DNA of 64,000 nucleotides. Origin: an uncultured Candidatus Saccharibacteria bacterium. GTDB taxonomy: Bacteria; Patescibacteriota; Minisyncoccia; Phycocordibacterales; Phycocordibacteraceae. The position numbers and the translations under genes are program-made. Positions 44,983 through 54,939 of the stretch are shown here, in pieces. Within the stretch, counting starts at the first letter, position 1; each line of letters starts with the position of its first letter. Below the pieces are notes generated by a model. It did no database searches. It was not told the origin of the DNA and saw nothing but the letters and a program-made list of their open reading frames with translations. The stretch lies in NCBI GenBank assembly GCA_964546795.1, contig CAZJKG010000001.1, positions 61,690-125,689 on the forward strand. Direction: 5' to 3'.

Positions 44983-45795
44983 TTAATATGTACGTATCCA
45001 AAATCCTGCTCCGCCCCACATCGGGATATATTTCCCCATTTTCGTCCGCTTGATGGAAAGTGCAAATGCTTTGCTGTGGAGTGATACACCGATACGGCCC
45101 GCAAGCGAGCGCATATAGGTTCCCGAGGCACAGGTTATCTTTAAGCGAAGTACGGCGAAACTCCTTGTATGCACGATTTTAAAAAGCGACTTCCAGTGCA
45201 CACGAACGGCATCTACGCGAAAATCTTCTCCAAGCCGCTTTGACGGCTCATCGGTGCGCGGAACGAGATCAAGAAATTTCGATACTCTTGCCTCAAGTTC
45301 TGTATCGGAAATTATATATGAGCCCTGATGCTGAATTCGATAGATACGCTCCACATGCTTAGGTATTTTTATGTGCGAAAGCGTTCCTTCAAGTGCATGG
45401 AGAAAGAGAGGTTTACCATTCACGGTCTTCGAAGAAAATGTGGGGTACGCACGCATATGCGCGCCACGTTCGCGATACAGTGCATCGGTAAGAATACCTG
45501 TATCTACGAGTGTTTCTTTATCAGCGTACTCTGGTATACCGAGCACATCACCCGTATCGCTCCCCATATCGAGTAAAACCTCGATCTCATATTCTTTATC
45601 CAGATCCATATACGCGCGCTGCTGTTTGCACTCATCTCCCAGAAGCACGAGTAGTTTACCGCATGCCATCGGGTCCAGACGGCCTGCATAACATACTGGT
45701 ACATCGGTATACTTTTGATTCCGTATCTTCCATGTCCGTATCGCCGCAAGCGGTGTCTCACCCACTTTTTTATCCAATACTACAAATCGTCTCAT
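44983..45795 (-). CDS. truB: tRNA pseudouridine(55) synthase-like protein
   Basis: YAGRLDPMACG, KEY, PTFSSKTVNGKPL, CASGTYMRSL. Confidence 0.82.
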   Translation of the reverse strand: MRRFVVLDKKVGETPLAAIRTWKIRNQKYTDVPVCYAGRLDPMACGKLLVLLGDECKQQRAYMDLDKEYEIEVLLDMGSDTGDVLGIPEYADKETLVDTGILTDALYRERGAHMRAYPTFSSKTVNGKPLFLHALEGTLSHIKIPKHVERIYRIQHQGSYIISDTELEARVSKFLDLVPRTDEPSKRLGEDFRVDAVRVHWKSLFKIVHTRSFAVLRLKITCASGTYMRSLAGRIGVSLHSKAFALSIKRTKMGKYIPMWGGAGFWIRTY

Positions 45796-45866
45796 TTTGT
45801 GCGCAGTATACCTTGTGAGATAAACTATATCGGGGTTCTTAATAAGCAGGAAATTCTTGTTCACAA

Positions 45867-46032
45867 ACTTTGAATTACGAAACTCTCATGAGCGACCGTC
45901 CGCAGGCGCTGAGCTCTGGTGTTTTTTGGCTATACTGCGCGGAGCAAGCCAAAAAACTCAGCGCCGAGGACAGAGCGACGAGCCGCTGGAGCGAGCTCGC
46001 GTGTCGCACGGGAGAGTTTCGTAATTCAAAGT
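45867..46032. repeat. Fold-back intergenic element, perfect 21-bp terminal inverted repeat with branched interior
   Basis: ACTTTGAATTACGAAACTCTC ... GAGAGTTTCGTAATTCAAAGT; inner GGCGCTGAG/CTCAGCGCC and TTTTTTGGCT/AGCCAAAAAA. Confidence 0.85.
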
Positions 46033-46094
46033 CACAAATCAATCGTGAAGCGCGGGATTGATATAATGAATAGTTCGTGGTATTATGAGCGACA

Positions 46095-46322
46095 ATGAAG
46101 CGGCCCGATATAGACAAAGAAAGGAGTGAGAAATCACTTTCTCTTTCGAGCTTCCTAAAGTCCTATAATGAGGGTCTTCCGTTGGCATTTCCACGAGCTT
46201 CCCTGTCACTCCTGCGAGAGTTCAGGAAGGCACACAAAACAATCTTCAAGGGCACCGATTCGTGGTCGCTCGATCAGCACCGAAAGAAAGTGATGGATTG
46301 GCTTCCTTCTCTATCAACCTAA
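46095..46322 (+). CDS. Hypothetical protein (75 aa)
   Basis: ATG 8 nt after TGgTATTAT; coherent ORF. Confidence 0.7.
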   Translation: MKRPDIDKERSEKSLSLSSFLKSYNEGLPLAFPRASLSLLREFRKAHKTIFKGTDSWSLDQHRKKVMDWLPSLST

Positions 46323-46480
46323 TAACTCTCAACGAGAAAACGTATCTTCATTAAGCAAAACAATTGTTTCTTAATGGAGGATTTGCCGTTATACTAGTAG
46401 CGGTAGCAATTATTACATCTGTGGAACTTATACCTCCTTCGTATTCAAGGAATCGTCTCAAACACACAAAAAAAGGTGGG

Positions 46481-47494
46481 ATGCACTACATTTTTACACT
46501 GCTCGGTCGCACGGTGCTGTTCGGAGTTATGTTGGGAGGCATTGTATTTTCGTTTCCCGTGCTGCTTGCTCTGAATATAGAGCGCGAACAGAATCAGAGT
46601 ATTTCTGCGGCACCCGAGCAGTTCCCTATCACGGTTGATCCTGGCAATAAAATCATTGTTGAAAACGCACAAGTGAATACTTTTTTTGAGAACACGTATT
46701 CTCCGCTTCAAGCGGCAGCCGGAAATGTCCAACATATACTGGGGAATGTATTTGAATGGATTGCTCTCTCTATCGCTGCGGCGCCGCAGTATCAAAGCAT
46801 TGCAGCGGTAGATGGTCGCTTTGTTGCTATTGAGCCAGGCATGAGAAAAGAACAAGTGACGAACATTTTTGCGAACACGCTTGCGTGGAATGCCAAGCAG
46901 AAAAAGGAATTTGTAACTGCGGAAACGGACTCGTCGCTTCCGCTTCCTGAAGGTTCATTCGCGCCAGGTGTCTATTCCGTTACAATGGGTGCAACGCCGG
47001 CCATAGTACAAAATCTTGTGAACGAACGCTTTTATAAGGATGTCATCTCCCATTACGGCCCAGAGACGGCTAGTATTGTGCCACTTGATCAAGCGCTCAC
47101 CATTGCTTCGCTTATTGAACGAGAGGCGGGAGGACCTGACGACATGCGCATCATATCTGGCATCATCTGGAATCGACTTTTTATTAGCATGAATCTTCAA
47201 ATAGATGCGACGCTCCAATACGCAAAAGCGAACAGTAGAGCAGGCGGGAGCTGGTGGCCGCGGATAGTGCCTGCGGATAGATTCCGTGCATCGCTCTATA
47301 ACACCTACTTACATCCGGGCCTGCCACCGACTCCCATATCAAATCCATCGGTGGCTTCCATACTAGCCGCCCTCAATCCAAGAAATACTTCATGTCTTTT
47401 CTATTTCCATGATGCGATGGGAGGATTCCATTGCACTCCCACATATGCCGAGCATGTCACACTTCTAAAGAAATATTATGGACGAGGAAAATAA
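46481..47494 (+). CDS. mltG: Endolytic transglycosylase MltG (start uncertain)
   Basis: IASLIEREA, NRL...M.LQIDAT, YNTY..PGLPPTPISNP. Confidence 0.9.
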   Translation: MHYIFTLLGRTVLFGVMLGGIVFSFPVLLALNIEREQNQSISAAPEQFPITVDPGNKIIVENAQVNTFFENTYSPLQAAAGNVQHILGNVFEWIALSIAAAPQYQSIAAVDGRFVAIEPGMRKEQVTNIFANTLAWNAKQKKEFVTAETDSSLPLPEGSFAPGVYSVTMGATPAIVQNLVNERFYKDVISHYGPETASIVPLDQALTIASLIEREAGGPDDMRIISGIIWNRLFISMNLQIDATLQYAKANSRAGGSWWPRIVPADRFRASLYNTYLHPGLPPTPISNPSVASILAALNPRNTSCLFYFHDAMGGFHCTPTYAEHVTLLKKYYGRGK

Positions 47495-48116
47495 ATCATC
47501 GGTACTTTGGGTATCTGTTTGGATTGTGTTGTTTCTATGTCTTACTTTCCTCACGATAGAGGTGGTGATATCTCAGAGTTTTATAGTTGCTGCTGATGTG
47601 TGGTTTGAAAATGTGCTGCTTAGCGTTCGTACCCCCTTTCTTATACATGTCTTTGCTTGGATAACTCTTTTGGGGAATGCTTTTGTCGCCATGGGAATAG
47701 CGGGGATTGCTCTGATATTTTTATTGTGGAAGCGCTACAAAGCATACGCAGTAGGACTTGCTATCACACTTATCGGCGCTGCTGCCACAGATTATGTGAT
47801 GAAAGCCATCATAGAACGCGCACGACCGGATGGTCTCATTCCCTCCATGGTTGAAACCTCATTTTCCTTTCCAAGCGGACATGCTACCGCCGCAATGGCT
47901 CTCTATGGTTTTATGGCGTACGTCCTTTGCAATCTTTTCCCTGAGAAAAAAACAGTCCTAGTGACCGCGGCTGTGCTCATCATAGGGAGCATCGGCTTCA
48001 GCAGATTGTATTTGGGTCTGCACTTCCCTAGCGACGTGCTCGCCGGCTACATTCTTGGGGGTCTTTGGCTCCTCATAGGAATCGCAGCGGCAAAAAGAGT
48101 TTCCGACTATCAATAG
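47478..48116 (+). CDS. PAP2 family phosphatase
   Basis: K....RARP, SFPSGH, SRLYLGLHFPSDV. Confidence 0.94.
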   Translation: MDEENKSSVLWVSVWIVLFLCLTFLTIEVVISQSFIVAADVWFENVLLSVRTPFLIHVFAWITLLGNAFVAMGIAGIALIFLLWKRYKAYAVGLAITLIGAAATDYVMKAIIERARPDGLIPSMVETSFSFPSGHATAAMALYGFMAYVLCNLFPEKKTVLVTAAVLIIGSIGFSRLYLGLHFPSDVLAGYILGGLWLLIGIAAAKRVSDYQ

Positions 48117-49471
48117 CGATAACCGACCTCCCCATGGACGGCGAGATCGAGCCCTTGTTCTTCTTCGTCCGAACTCACTCGTAGCGGAGATTTGAGCGAA
48201 ACGAGTTTCAGGATGATCCACGTTGCCGCAAAGGAATAGATGCCAACCGCAACCACTGCCACTATCTGCACGAGGAGTTGCTCGGGATTGCCGAACAGAA
48301 GACCGTTGTTACCCGCCGCATTTATCGCTTTCTCCGCAAAGAAACCGGTGAGTATGGCGCCAGTGAGACCTCCGACACCGTGACCCGCCCACACGTCAAG
48401 CGTATCGTCTATGCTGATACGCCGATTTCGTATATGGACAGCCAAGTAGGTGATGGCTCCCCCGAGAATACCGATAGCGATAGCGGCTACTGGCCCAACA
48501 TATCCTGAGGCCGGCGTGATAGCGACAAGGCCGCACACTGCGCCAATAGCAGCGGCCATGGCGGATGGCTTTTTATTTTCGGCCCATGAGAGCGCCACCC
48601 ACGTGAGCGCCGAGGCGGCGGCAGCGGTATTCGTGACCACGAACGCGCTCGCCGCAAGAGCACCCGCGGCAAGCGCGGAGCCGGCATTGAAGCCGAACCA
48701 TCCGAACCACAAGAGCGCCGCGCCCAAAATAACAAAGGGAACATTGTTGGCATTGTTCATGGGGTTCTTCATCTGGAGACGTTTGCCCACGACGAGCGCC
48801 GCCGCAAGTGCCGAAAATCCCGCGGTCATATGCACGACCGTTCCTCCCGCGAAATCCAGCGCACCGAGCGCATGAAGCCATCCGTTTGGAGACCATACCC
48901 AGTGAGCGACCGGGTCATATACAAAAGTCGCCCAGAGCAGAGTAAATATGACGAGTGCTTTAAATTTAATACGCCCGACAAAAGCGCCGATGATGAGTGC
49001 AGGTGTAATTATCGCAAACATCCCCTGGAATATCATGAACACCAATGCAGGAATAGTCGCCGCATAATTTGGATCGGGCGCAAACCCAACCCCCCGTAAT
49101 CCAAAGAGCGAAAGGTCTCCCACGACCCCGCGCACATCCGGACCAAAGGCCATGCTGTAGCCGATGACCACCCACTGCACGGAAATAAGCGCGAGAATTA
49201 TCATTGACTGCTTTATGACGGACACCACGTTCTTAGACGAAACCATGCCGCCGTAGAAGAAACCGACCGCCGGCGTCATGAGCATGACAAGAGCTGTGGA
49301 CGCAAGCATCCACGCAGTATCGCCACTGCTTATGGCGCTTGAAGAAGCGTCTCCCGCCGAGGCACCCGCAAAAAAGGTCGCAAGGTATCCCACACCGCAC
49401 CCGAGTGCTATCCAGAGGGCGGAATGCCAGATGAATTTCTTCCCTTCCTGCGATCTTAGAAATTGTTCCAT
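48110..49471 (-). CDS. amtB: Ammonium transporter
   Basis: DFAGGTVVH, LWFGWFGFNAGS, DDTLDV..GHG. Confidence 0.97.
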   Translation of the reverse strand: MEQFLRSQEGKKFIWHSALWIALGCGVGYLATFFAGASAGDASSSAISSGDTAWMLASTALVMLMTPAVGFFYGGMVSSKNVVSVIKQSMIILALISVQWVVIGYSMAFGPDVRGVVGDLSLFGLRGVGFAPDPNYAATIPALVFMIFQGMFAIITPALIIGAFVGRIKFKALVIFTLLWATFVYDPVAHWVWSPNGWLHALGALDFAGGTVVHMTAGFSALAAALVVGKRLQMKNPMNNANNVPFVILGAALLWFGWFGFNAGSALAAGALAASAFVVTNTAAAASALTWVALSWAENKKPSAMAAAIGAVCGLVAITPASGYVGPVAAIAIGILGGAITYLAVHIRNRRISIDDTLDVWAGHGVGGLTGAILTGFFAEKAINAAGNNGLLFGNPEQLLVQIVAVVAVGIYSFAATWIILKLVSLKSPLRVSSDEEEQGLDLAVHGEVGYRY

Positions 49472-50901
49472 AGGAGTTGATTGGTTACTTCATGATGGTA
49501 AATAATCTCGGAGCCCTTGATGGCCGTCCCGAGGGCCTTGGGCGAACGGTCCGCCGCGGCCTGCTTGTAATGAATGAACTTTTCTTTATTGTCCTCACCC
49601 AGAATCTCGGTCATGAACTTACTGCTTCTACAGAGCGCGATGGCATCGTTAATATTGTCCGGAAGGAAGCGCAGGCGATCTCGTTTATTCCTGTCTTTCT
49701 GTAATTTCTCTCCCTCCAGACCCACGCGCACGATGGTGTAGAGCGCGAGATAGGGATTGGCGTCAGGAGCAACGGAGCGCACTTCAATGCGTGCGGTTTT
49801 CTCATTCCCCACTGGAATCCGTATCATCGAGCCGCGATCTATAGGCGAGACCTTTATCTGATTCGGCGCCTCAAAATGAGGATCAAGCCGCCGGTAGCTG
49901 TTAACCGAAGAATTAATGATGAGACAGAGCTCCGGCGCATGGTTGAGGAGTTTCAGTATGAAGTCCCACGCCAGCTTCGAAAGCCCGTCCTGACCTTTCG
50001 GATCATGGAATATGTTCTTTCCGTTCTTGCCGAGCGAGAAATTAGTATGCATGCCAGAGCCATTGATGCCCATGAATGGCTTCGGTAAGAATGTTGCCGT
50101 CATGCCGAGATTCCGCGCGACCTGGCGGCATATCAGTTTATACAGCTGCACATTGTCGGCCGCCCTCACCACGTCCGAGTAAGAGAAATTCATTTCGAAC
50201 TGCGAAGGAGCGACCTCCGGATGATCTTTTTCATTTTTGAATCCCATGGCGCGCTGCGCTTCCGCTGCGCGATCTATGAAGATGCGCAACTTGTCCATGG
50301 GAAGTGAGTGGAAGTAGCCGCCCGACGATATGAGTTTGAATCCTTCCCCACTGCGATAATTCTGCTCGCTCTGTATGCCGTCCACCAAAAAACCTTCTAT
50401 TTCTGCGGCAGAATAGGCCTCAATGCCTTGCTTTTTCTTCAGGGCCGCCACATACGATTTCAACTGGCCGCGGAAATCAGAATGATAGGGTGTGCGATCC
50501 CTATTAAGCACCGATGCAAAGAAAATCACCTTGCCGGCGCCGAACACGTCAGCCGGAAAATAACGGATGCTTCCCCAGTCAATCTCGAGTCGCAGGTCCG
50601 ACTCGTGCTGGGGCGTGAAGCCGCGAATGGATGAACCGTCGAAGGTGAGATTGGAAAGAGAATTAAGCAAAAATTTCTTGTCATAATCGAGCATGTGAAG
50701 GCGTCCTTCAATATCCGTAAAGCAAAGCGTGACCGCTTTTATCCTTTTTTCTTTTTTCAAATACGCCGTGTATTCTTTCTCGAGCGCCGCCGGCGATACG
50801 GTTTCCGCCCTCTCCTTCGCCTTTACGTTCAGCTCTTCCAGGCGGTCATAGGGGATCTGAAGGAAATTCTTTAAACCATCCATATCTATATCTTTTTCCA
50901 T
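49456..50901 (-). CDS. glnA: Glutamine synthetase type I
   Basis: FDGSSIRGF, EVAPSQFE, KPF.GINGSGMH, SYRRLDPHFEAP, RIEVRS. Confidence 0.95.
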   Translation of the reverse strand: MEKDIDMDGLKNFLQIPYDRLEELNVKAKERAETVSPAALEKEYTAYLKKEKRIKAVTLCFTDIEGRLHMLDYDKKFLLNSLSNLTFDGSSIRGFTPQHESDLRLEIDWGSIRYFPADVFGAGKVIFFASVLNRDRTPYHSDFRGQLKSYVAALKKKQGIEAYSAAEIEGFLVDGIQSEQNYRSGEGFKLISSGGYFHSLPMDKLRIFIDRAAEAQRAMGFKNEKDHPEVAPSQFEMNFSYSDVVRAADNVQLYKLICRQVARNLGMTATFLPKPFMGINGSGMHTNFSLGKNGKNIFHDPKGQDGLSKLAWDFILKLLNHAPELCLIINSSVNSYRRLDPHFEAPNQIKVSPIDRGSMIRIPVGNEKTARIEVRSVAPDANPYLALYTIVRVGLEGEKLQKDRNKRDRLRFLPDNINDAIALCRSSKFMTEILGEDNKEKFIHYKQAAADRSPKALGTAIKGSEIIYHHEVTNQLLWNNF

Positions 50902-51016
50902 ATTAAATATAATTATTAATTGAATTATATTAAAAGTATATATACTTAGTATAAATATTGTCTATATAATACTTGTGGATAACCGTCTTTTAGATATGGT
51001 AAGCTACGGTCATTAC

Positions 51017-51721
51017 ATGGATAAAGAAGAGTTGAGAGAACACGAAGCGCTTGCCCGCACGTTGAACGATCCTGCGTTGCGCGCCGCCTATGCCAAACCA
51101 TTTGATGAATATAAAGCGGGATATATCGCCCGCGTGCTCGGAGGTTTCTTGATACGCTCCGGAGGTCTCATATACGGCAGACAACCTTCCTATGCGAAAT
51201 TTAAAGCCATAGAGGTGATAGCGCGCATACCGTATCAGTCCTGGGAAATGGCGGTGTACACGCTCTTGACCGCCTTTTATACCGATGAACAGAAAGCAAT
51301 CGGTCTTGCGAAAACGAGTACTTTCAGCCGCATGGCCCAGGATAACGAGACGATGCATGTGGTCGTCTTGTCCCAGATAGTGTGCCGTCTCAACTGCGAG
51401 GATGTCCTGCGGCACACACTCATTCCCTTCTTCTTTTCCTTCCTGTATTTCTGGACGGTATACGTCCTCTACCTATTCTCGCGACGAGCGGCGTTTGAGC
51501 TCAATTATCTCTTTGAGGCGCATGCGTACGCGCAGTACAGCGAATTTCTGGAGCGCGAGGGCGAGCATCTGAAACAACGTCCCGTTACATCGGATTTCCT
51601 TGCATTCTATGGCCGAGACGTGCGCAGTGAATACGAGCTCTTTGAACTTATCCGTAATGACGAACTCATCCATCGCAACCGTTCCATACGCGAGCTTCAA
51701 GCCAACGCTCTCGTGATATAA
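51017..51721 (+). CDS. Alternative oxidase/PTOX-like di-iron ferritin-fold protein
   Basis: EVIARIPY, AQDNETMH, FEAHAY, IRNDELIH give the E / ExxH / E / ExxH di-iron ligand spacing. Confidence 0.8.
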   Translation: MDKEELREHEALARTLNDPALRAAYAKPFDEYKAGYIARVLGGFLIRSGGLIYGRQPSYAKFKAIEVIARIPYQSWEMAVYTLLTAFYTDEQKAIGLAKTSTFSRMAQDNETMHVVVLSQIVCRLNCEDVLRHTLIPFFFSFLYFWTVYVLYLFSRRAAFELNYLFEAHAYAQYSEFLEREGEHLKQRPVTSDFLAFYGRDVRSEYELFELIRNDELIHRNRSIRELQANALVI

Positions 51722-51728
51722 ATACCGC

Positions 51729-51971
51729 ATGAGCATCATTGTGTATACAAAAACAGGATGTCCTTGGGCCACTGAGGTCATGGCGTATTTGAAATCTCGC
51801 AACATCCCTTTTGAGGAACGCGATATCATCAAAAATCAAGGGTACCGAACAGAAGTTGAAGAAAAGAGCGGGCAAAGCAAAAGCCCTACGCTTGATATTG
51901 ATGGAGTCATCGTGCCAGATGCCGGCGTGGAGGAAGTGGCTGCAGCTCTGGCAAAGTTGCATTTGACATAA
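51729..51971 (+). CDS. Glutaredoxin (monothiol CPWA)
   Basis: VYTKTGCPWA, SGQSKSPTL.IDG. Confidence 0.9.
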   Translation: MSIIVYTKTGCPWATEVMAYLKSRNIPFEERDIIKNQGYRTEVEEKSGQSKSPTLDIDGVIVPDAGVEEVAAALAKLHLT

Positions 51972-52040
51972 ATCCATAAGTAAAGTACCGTTCCAGGAGA
52001 GGTATCGCGGCTTCTGCGACACTCAAGAAAGGAGTGTGCC

Positions 52041-52217
52041 ATGCTTTGGAAGTACTGTGAATGCGGAAAAAAGATATTATTCTTCCGATCCTTTCGGCCT
52101 GGTAAAGGCAGAATGATTTTTTCTAAAAAGAACGGTCATACTCTTTGCGCTCGGTGCTTGAGATCTGAAAACGACTCTATACGAGCGCATGAAATGCAAA
52201 TGATAGATGGACTATAA
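52041..52217 (+). CDS. 58-aa Cys4 zinc-finger microprotein (not in ORF track)
   Basis: AAGGAG SD; CECG...LCARC; terminator hairpin directly after the stop. Confidence 0.6.
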   Translation: MLWKYCECGKKILFFRSFRPGKGRMIFSKKNGHTLCARCLRSENDSIRAHEMQMIDGL

Positions 52218-52243
52218 GCTCACTCCCTCTACGGGAGTGAGCT
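52217..52243. terminator. Hairpin terminator between convergent genes
   Basis: AGCTCACTCCC-tctac-GGGAGTGAGCT. Confidence 0.7.
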
Positions 52244-52271
52244 TAAACTTTTGATACAAAAACTTCCTTGT

Positions 52272-52940
52272 TCAACGAGATGTAATGAGTTCGTAATCGT
52301 GCGGGAAGAAATATTGGACGATTTTAAATATGCCGTAGGCCATAAAAGGTGCCGCGAATACGTCAATGGAATAGTGAATATGGGCCAACAGCACGGCAAC
52401 GGCAAAGACGAGCGCCATCAATAAGAACACAGCGCGAAGAAATGGCGTCTCCCAGAAAATAAGGGCCATGAGAAACGGTATGCCAGTATGTCCTGAAAAG
52501 AAGAAGCCGGTTTGGAAATTGTAATATAAATAAATAGCGTCAAGAAATCCAGCACCCGGATCTATCTGGCCCGGATAAATACCTATATGAGTGAGGGAGA
52601 TGGATAAGGCCCGAATCGTTATAAAAATTGCCAAGGCCTTGAGGGTAAAGACAAGATATCGCGGCTTTAAAAATACAACGAATATTGTACCGAAGACGAT
52701 ACTCAACAGCGCACCTTCAATGATAATGAAATTCAGGTCGATGATGGGAAGATTGTCCAAAAGAAGGTCTCCGACATGTCTGGTCGTGGGGCTCGTCAGA
52801 AAGGTGAATGCGTAGACGATAGCGAAGTGGTCAAAGATGAAGGAGACGCAAAGCATGAGAAGTGCGCTCACAAGTGAGTGCAATCTCCCGTGCTCGAACA
52901 AATCCATGAATTTGAACGTATCCTCTTGGTGCGTCTCCAT
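52272..52940 (-). CDS. PAP2-related (sphingomyelin synthase-like) membrane protein
   Basis: FFSGHT and HIHYSIDV motifs, multiple TM segments. Confidence 0.85.
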   Translation of the reverse strand: METHQEDTFKFMDLFEHGRLHSLVSALLMLCVSFIFDHFAIVYAFTFLTSPTTRHVGDLLLDNLPIIDLNFIIIEGALLSIVFGTIFVVFLKPRYLVFTLKALAIFITIRALSISLTHIGIYPGQIDPGAGFLDAIYLYYNFQTGFFFSGHTGIPFLMALIFWETPFLRAVFLLMALVFAVAVLLAHIHYSIDVFAAPFMAYGIFKIVQYFFPHDYELITSR

Positions 52941-52999
52941 AGCGAGAGTTGGTGTTCGTCAGTGTATCAGATATAGCATTCTGCTGTATACCTTCGCGT

Positions 53000-53028
53000 T
53001 TGACAGCGGACCATGCGGTTGCTATTCT
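53000..53028 (+). promoter_or_regulatory. sigma70 promoter of the cold-shock gene (~90-nt 5' UTR)
   Basis: TTGACA-17 nt-TATTCT. Confidence 0.7.
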
Positions 53029-53126
53029 ATGGGCATCAACCAGCGCTGGATCCAGAGAAGTGGGATCGAGCTTCTATTTTCGGCTACTGATTTGATACAC
53101 ATTAGCCACACAATTATCTCTCTAGT

Positions 53127-53336
53127 ATGAAAGATGGAATAGTCATCAAGAAGAACCTAAAAGGTTTCGGCTTCATCAAGGTGAGCGGCGCGCCGGAAGG
53201 CGCAAAGGATCTTTTCTTCCATTCCAACGAGCTCAGGAACGTTTCGTTCGATGAGCTCCAGGAAGGCGACAAGGTCTCGTTCGAGATCGGGGACAGCCCG
53301 AAAGGTCCGAACGCGCTCAACGTCAGCAAGGTCTAA
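53127..53336 (+). CDS. Cold-shock protein
   Basis: KGFGFI, DLFFH, KGPNA.NV. Confidence 0.95.
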   Translation: MKDGIVIKKNLKGFGFIKVSGAPEGAKDLFFHSNELRNVSFDELQEGDKVSFEIGDSPKGPNALNVSKV

Positions 53337-53355
53337 GTAATTAGATTGGTGCAAG

Positions 53356-53390
53356 AAAACGTCCCGCTACACGCGGGACGTTTTCCTTTT
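53356..53390. terminator. Intrinsic terminator
   Basis: AAAACGTCCCGC-taca-CGCGGGACGTTTT followed by a T-rich tract. Confidence 0.8.
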
Positions 53391-53409
53391 TAATATTCCT
53401 GTCGTCTTC

Positions 53410-54153
53410 TTAAACGCTGTCGCGAATATCGGTATAGGTCTCGGTGAGCGGCTTGCCGCGAACAAGAGTATGGAGATAATTTCCAGCATAGCGCAGCCCC
53501 ATGGTGACAATACCCTCGCTCGCAAGCCGCCGACCGGAAGCATACATCGGCAGGCGGAATGTCCATTTCACCTTCCCTACCTTGCTAATGCGGCGTGCTA
53601 CATCGGTATCCTCGCCGTAGAACTCAATGGACGTATCAAAGCCGCCTGCCTGCTCAAGATATGTTCTGCGTACGATGAAATTTCCGCCCTGGAGCATTGC
53701 ACCAATCCGAAAAATATGTTGATTCACGAGATGCGACAGATAACCGGCAACATAAAAAAGACGGGTGAGTGCCCGATGGGACGCGGAGAGGTCGTAATAA
53801 ATGAAAGGACCGCTTAATGCCGCCAAACGCTCGTCCTTTGAAAATTCAGTAAGCACTGTATCGAGCCATCCCTCCGTCAGCATCGTATCGGCGTCTATAT
53901 TCGCGATGAGTTCCCCCGTCGCCGCCATGAGCCCCGCGTGGCGGGCGCGCACAAGCCCTTTTCTCGGCTCGTCTACTACGCGCACCCACTCGTAACTCCG
54001 GGCCACGTCGCCAGTACGATCAGTGCTCGCATTATTGACGACTATCACTTCGGCATCGCAAGGGGTACGAAAAAGCTCGCGCTCAACAGCGGCAAGACAC
54101 GTCGGCAAACGTCGCTCTTCATTGTAGGCCGGAATGACGAAACTGATGCGCAT
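53410..54153 (-). CDS. Glycosyltransferase family 2
   Basis: VIPAYNEE, NNASTD, DAD, GEDTD. Confidence 0.93.
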   Translation of the reverse strand: MRISFVIPAYNEERRLPTCLAAVERELFRTPCDAEVIVVNNASTDRTGDVARSYEWVRVVDEPRKGLVRARHAGLMAATGELIANIDADTMLTEGWLDTVLTEFSKDERLAALSGPFIYYDLSASHRALTRLFYVAGYLSHLVNQHIFRIGAMLQGGNFIVRRTYLEQAGGFDTSIEFYGEDTDVARRISKVGKVKWTFRLPMYASGRRLASEGIVTMGLRYAGNYLHTLVRGKPLTETYTDIRDSV

Positions 54154-54234
54154 AAAACGTAAGTGGATTGTACATAAAAGAAGTGGAGCGCACAAACCCT
54201 GTTTGTGCGCTCCATCTGCTGAAAGAACTTTTGA

Positions 54235-54831
54235 TCATCTGCCGAAAGCGAGCCAGGCAGTCCGTCCGAGGGTCAGCACCGCCGTACCGCCGATGGTGCC
54301 CCAAGTCCCCATGCTCGTAAGCGGCCGTCCCGGATACCAGTCGGGCTGCACCAGGCCGAGCACCACATGGTTCCCGACGACGGTGTGGATGATGAGCAGT
54401 ACCGACACCAACCACATGTACGGCGTGTACTCCGCATCAAGGAAATACAGACCCAGGACCGCGAACGCAGCTGCCATGTACAGGAGATGCATCCAGCCCG
54501 CATCGGTCAAATGTCCGCGCTGCACGTGGGCCTCAATGATCGTCCCTGCTTTGTAGGTCTCGTGCATCACAAAACTTGCGATGAGACCCACAAGGATTGC
54601 TGTCCCGATTTTTCCCCATGACCATCCCGGGCTGTAACGTTCGACGATGAAGGCCAGAATCGGGGAAATGATGAGTACATCGCCCCACATGCCGCCATGA
54701 GCGATAAACGGCAATCCCCGGGACACCTTCCTAAGCATCTGGCTCGGCCAGAAGAACTCGTCGACATACGCGAACAAGGCCTGCAGCATCACTCCTGCCA
54801 CGGAAATGGCCAACACGAGCCAAAAGAGCAT
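54235..54831 (-). CDS. Hypothetical integral membrane protein
   Basis: Multiple TM segments with His residues; AGGAGGT SD; TTGACA/TATAAT promoter upstream. Confidence 0.75.
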   Translation of the reverse strand: MLFWLVLAISVAGVMLQALFAYVDEFFWPSQMLRKVSRGLPFIAHGGMWGDVLIISPILAFIVERYSPGWSWGKIGTAILVGLIASFVMHETYKAGTIIEAHVQRGHLTDAGWMHLLYMAAAFAVLGLYFLDAEYTPYMWLVSVLLIIHTVVGNHVVLGLVQPDWYPGRPLTSMGTWGTIGGTAVLTLGRTAWLAFGR

Positions 54832-54939
54832 GGGTTACCTCCTTTTCAAAAGGGTTTATATGTCCGGCGGTATTATATACTACAGTTCACTTAATTGTCA
54901 AATCATGCGGTCCGTGATTTACTTTCCTTATTCTTCGCC

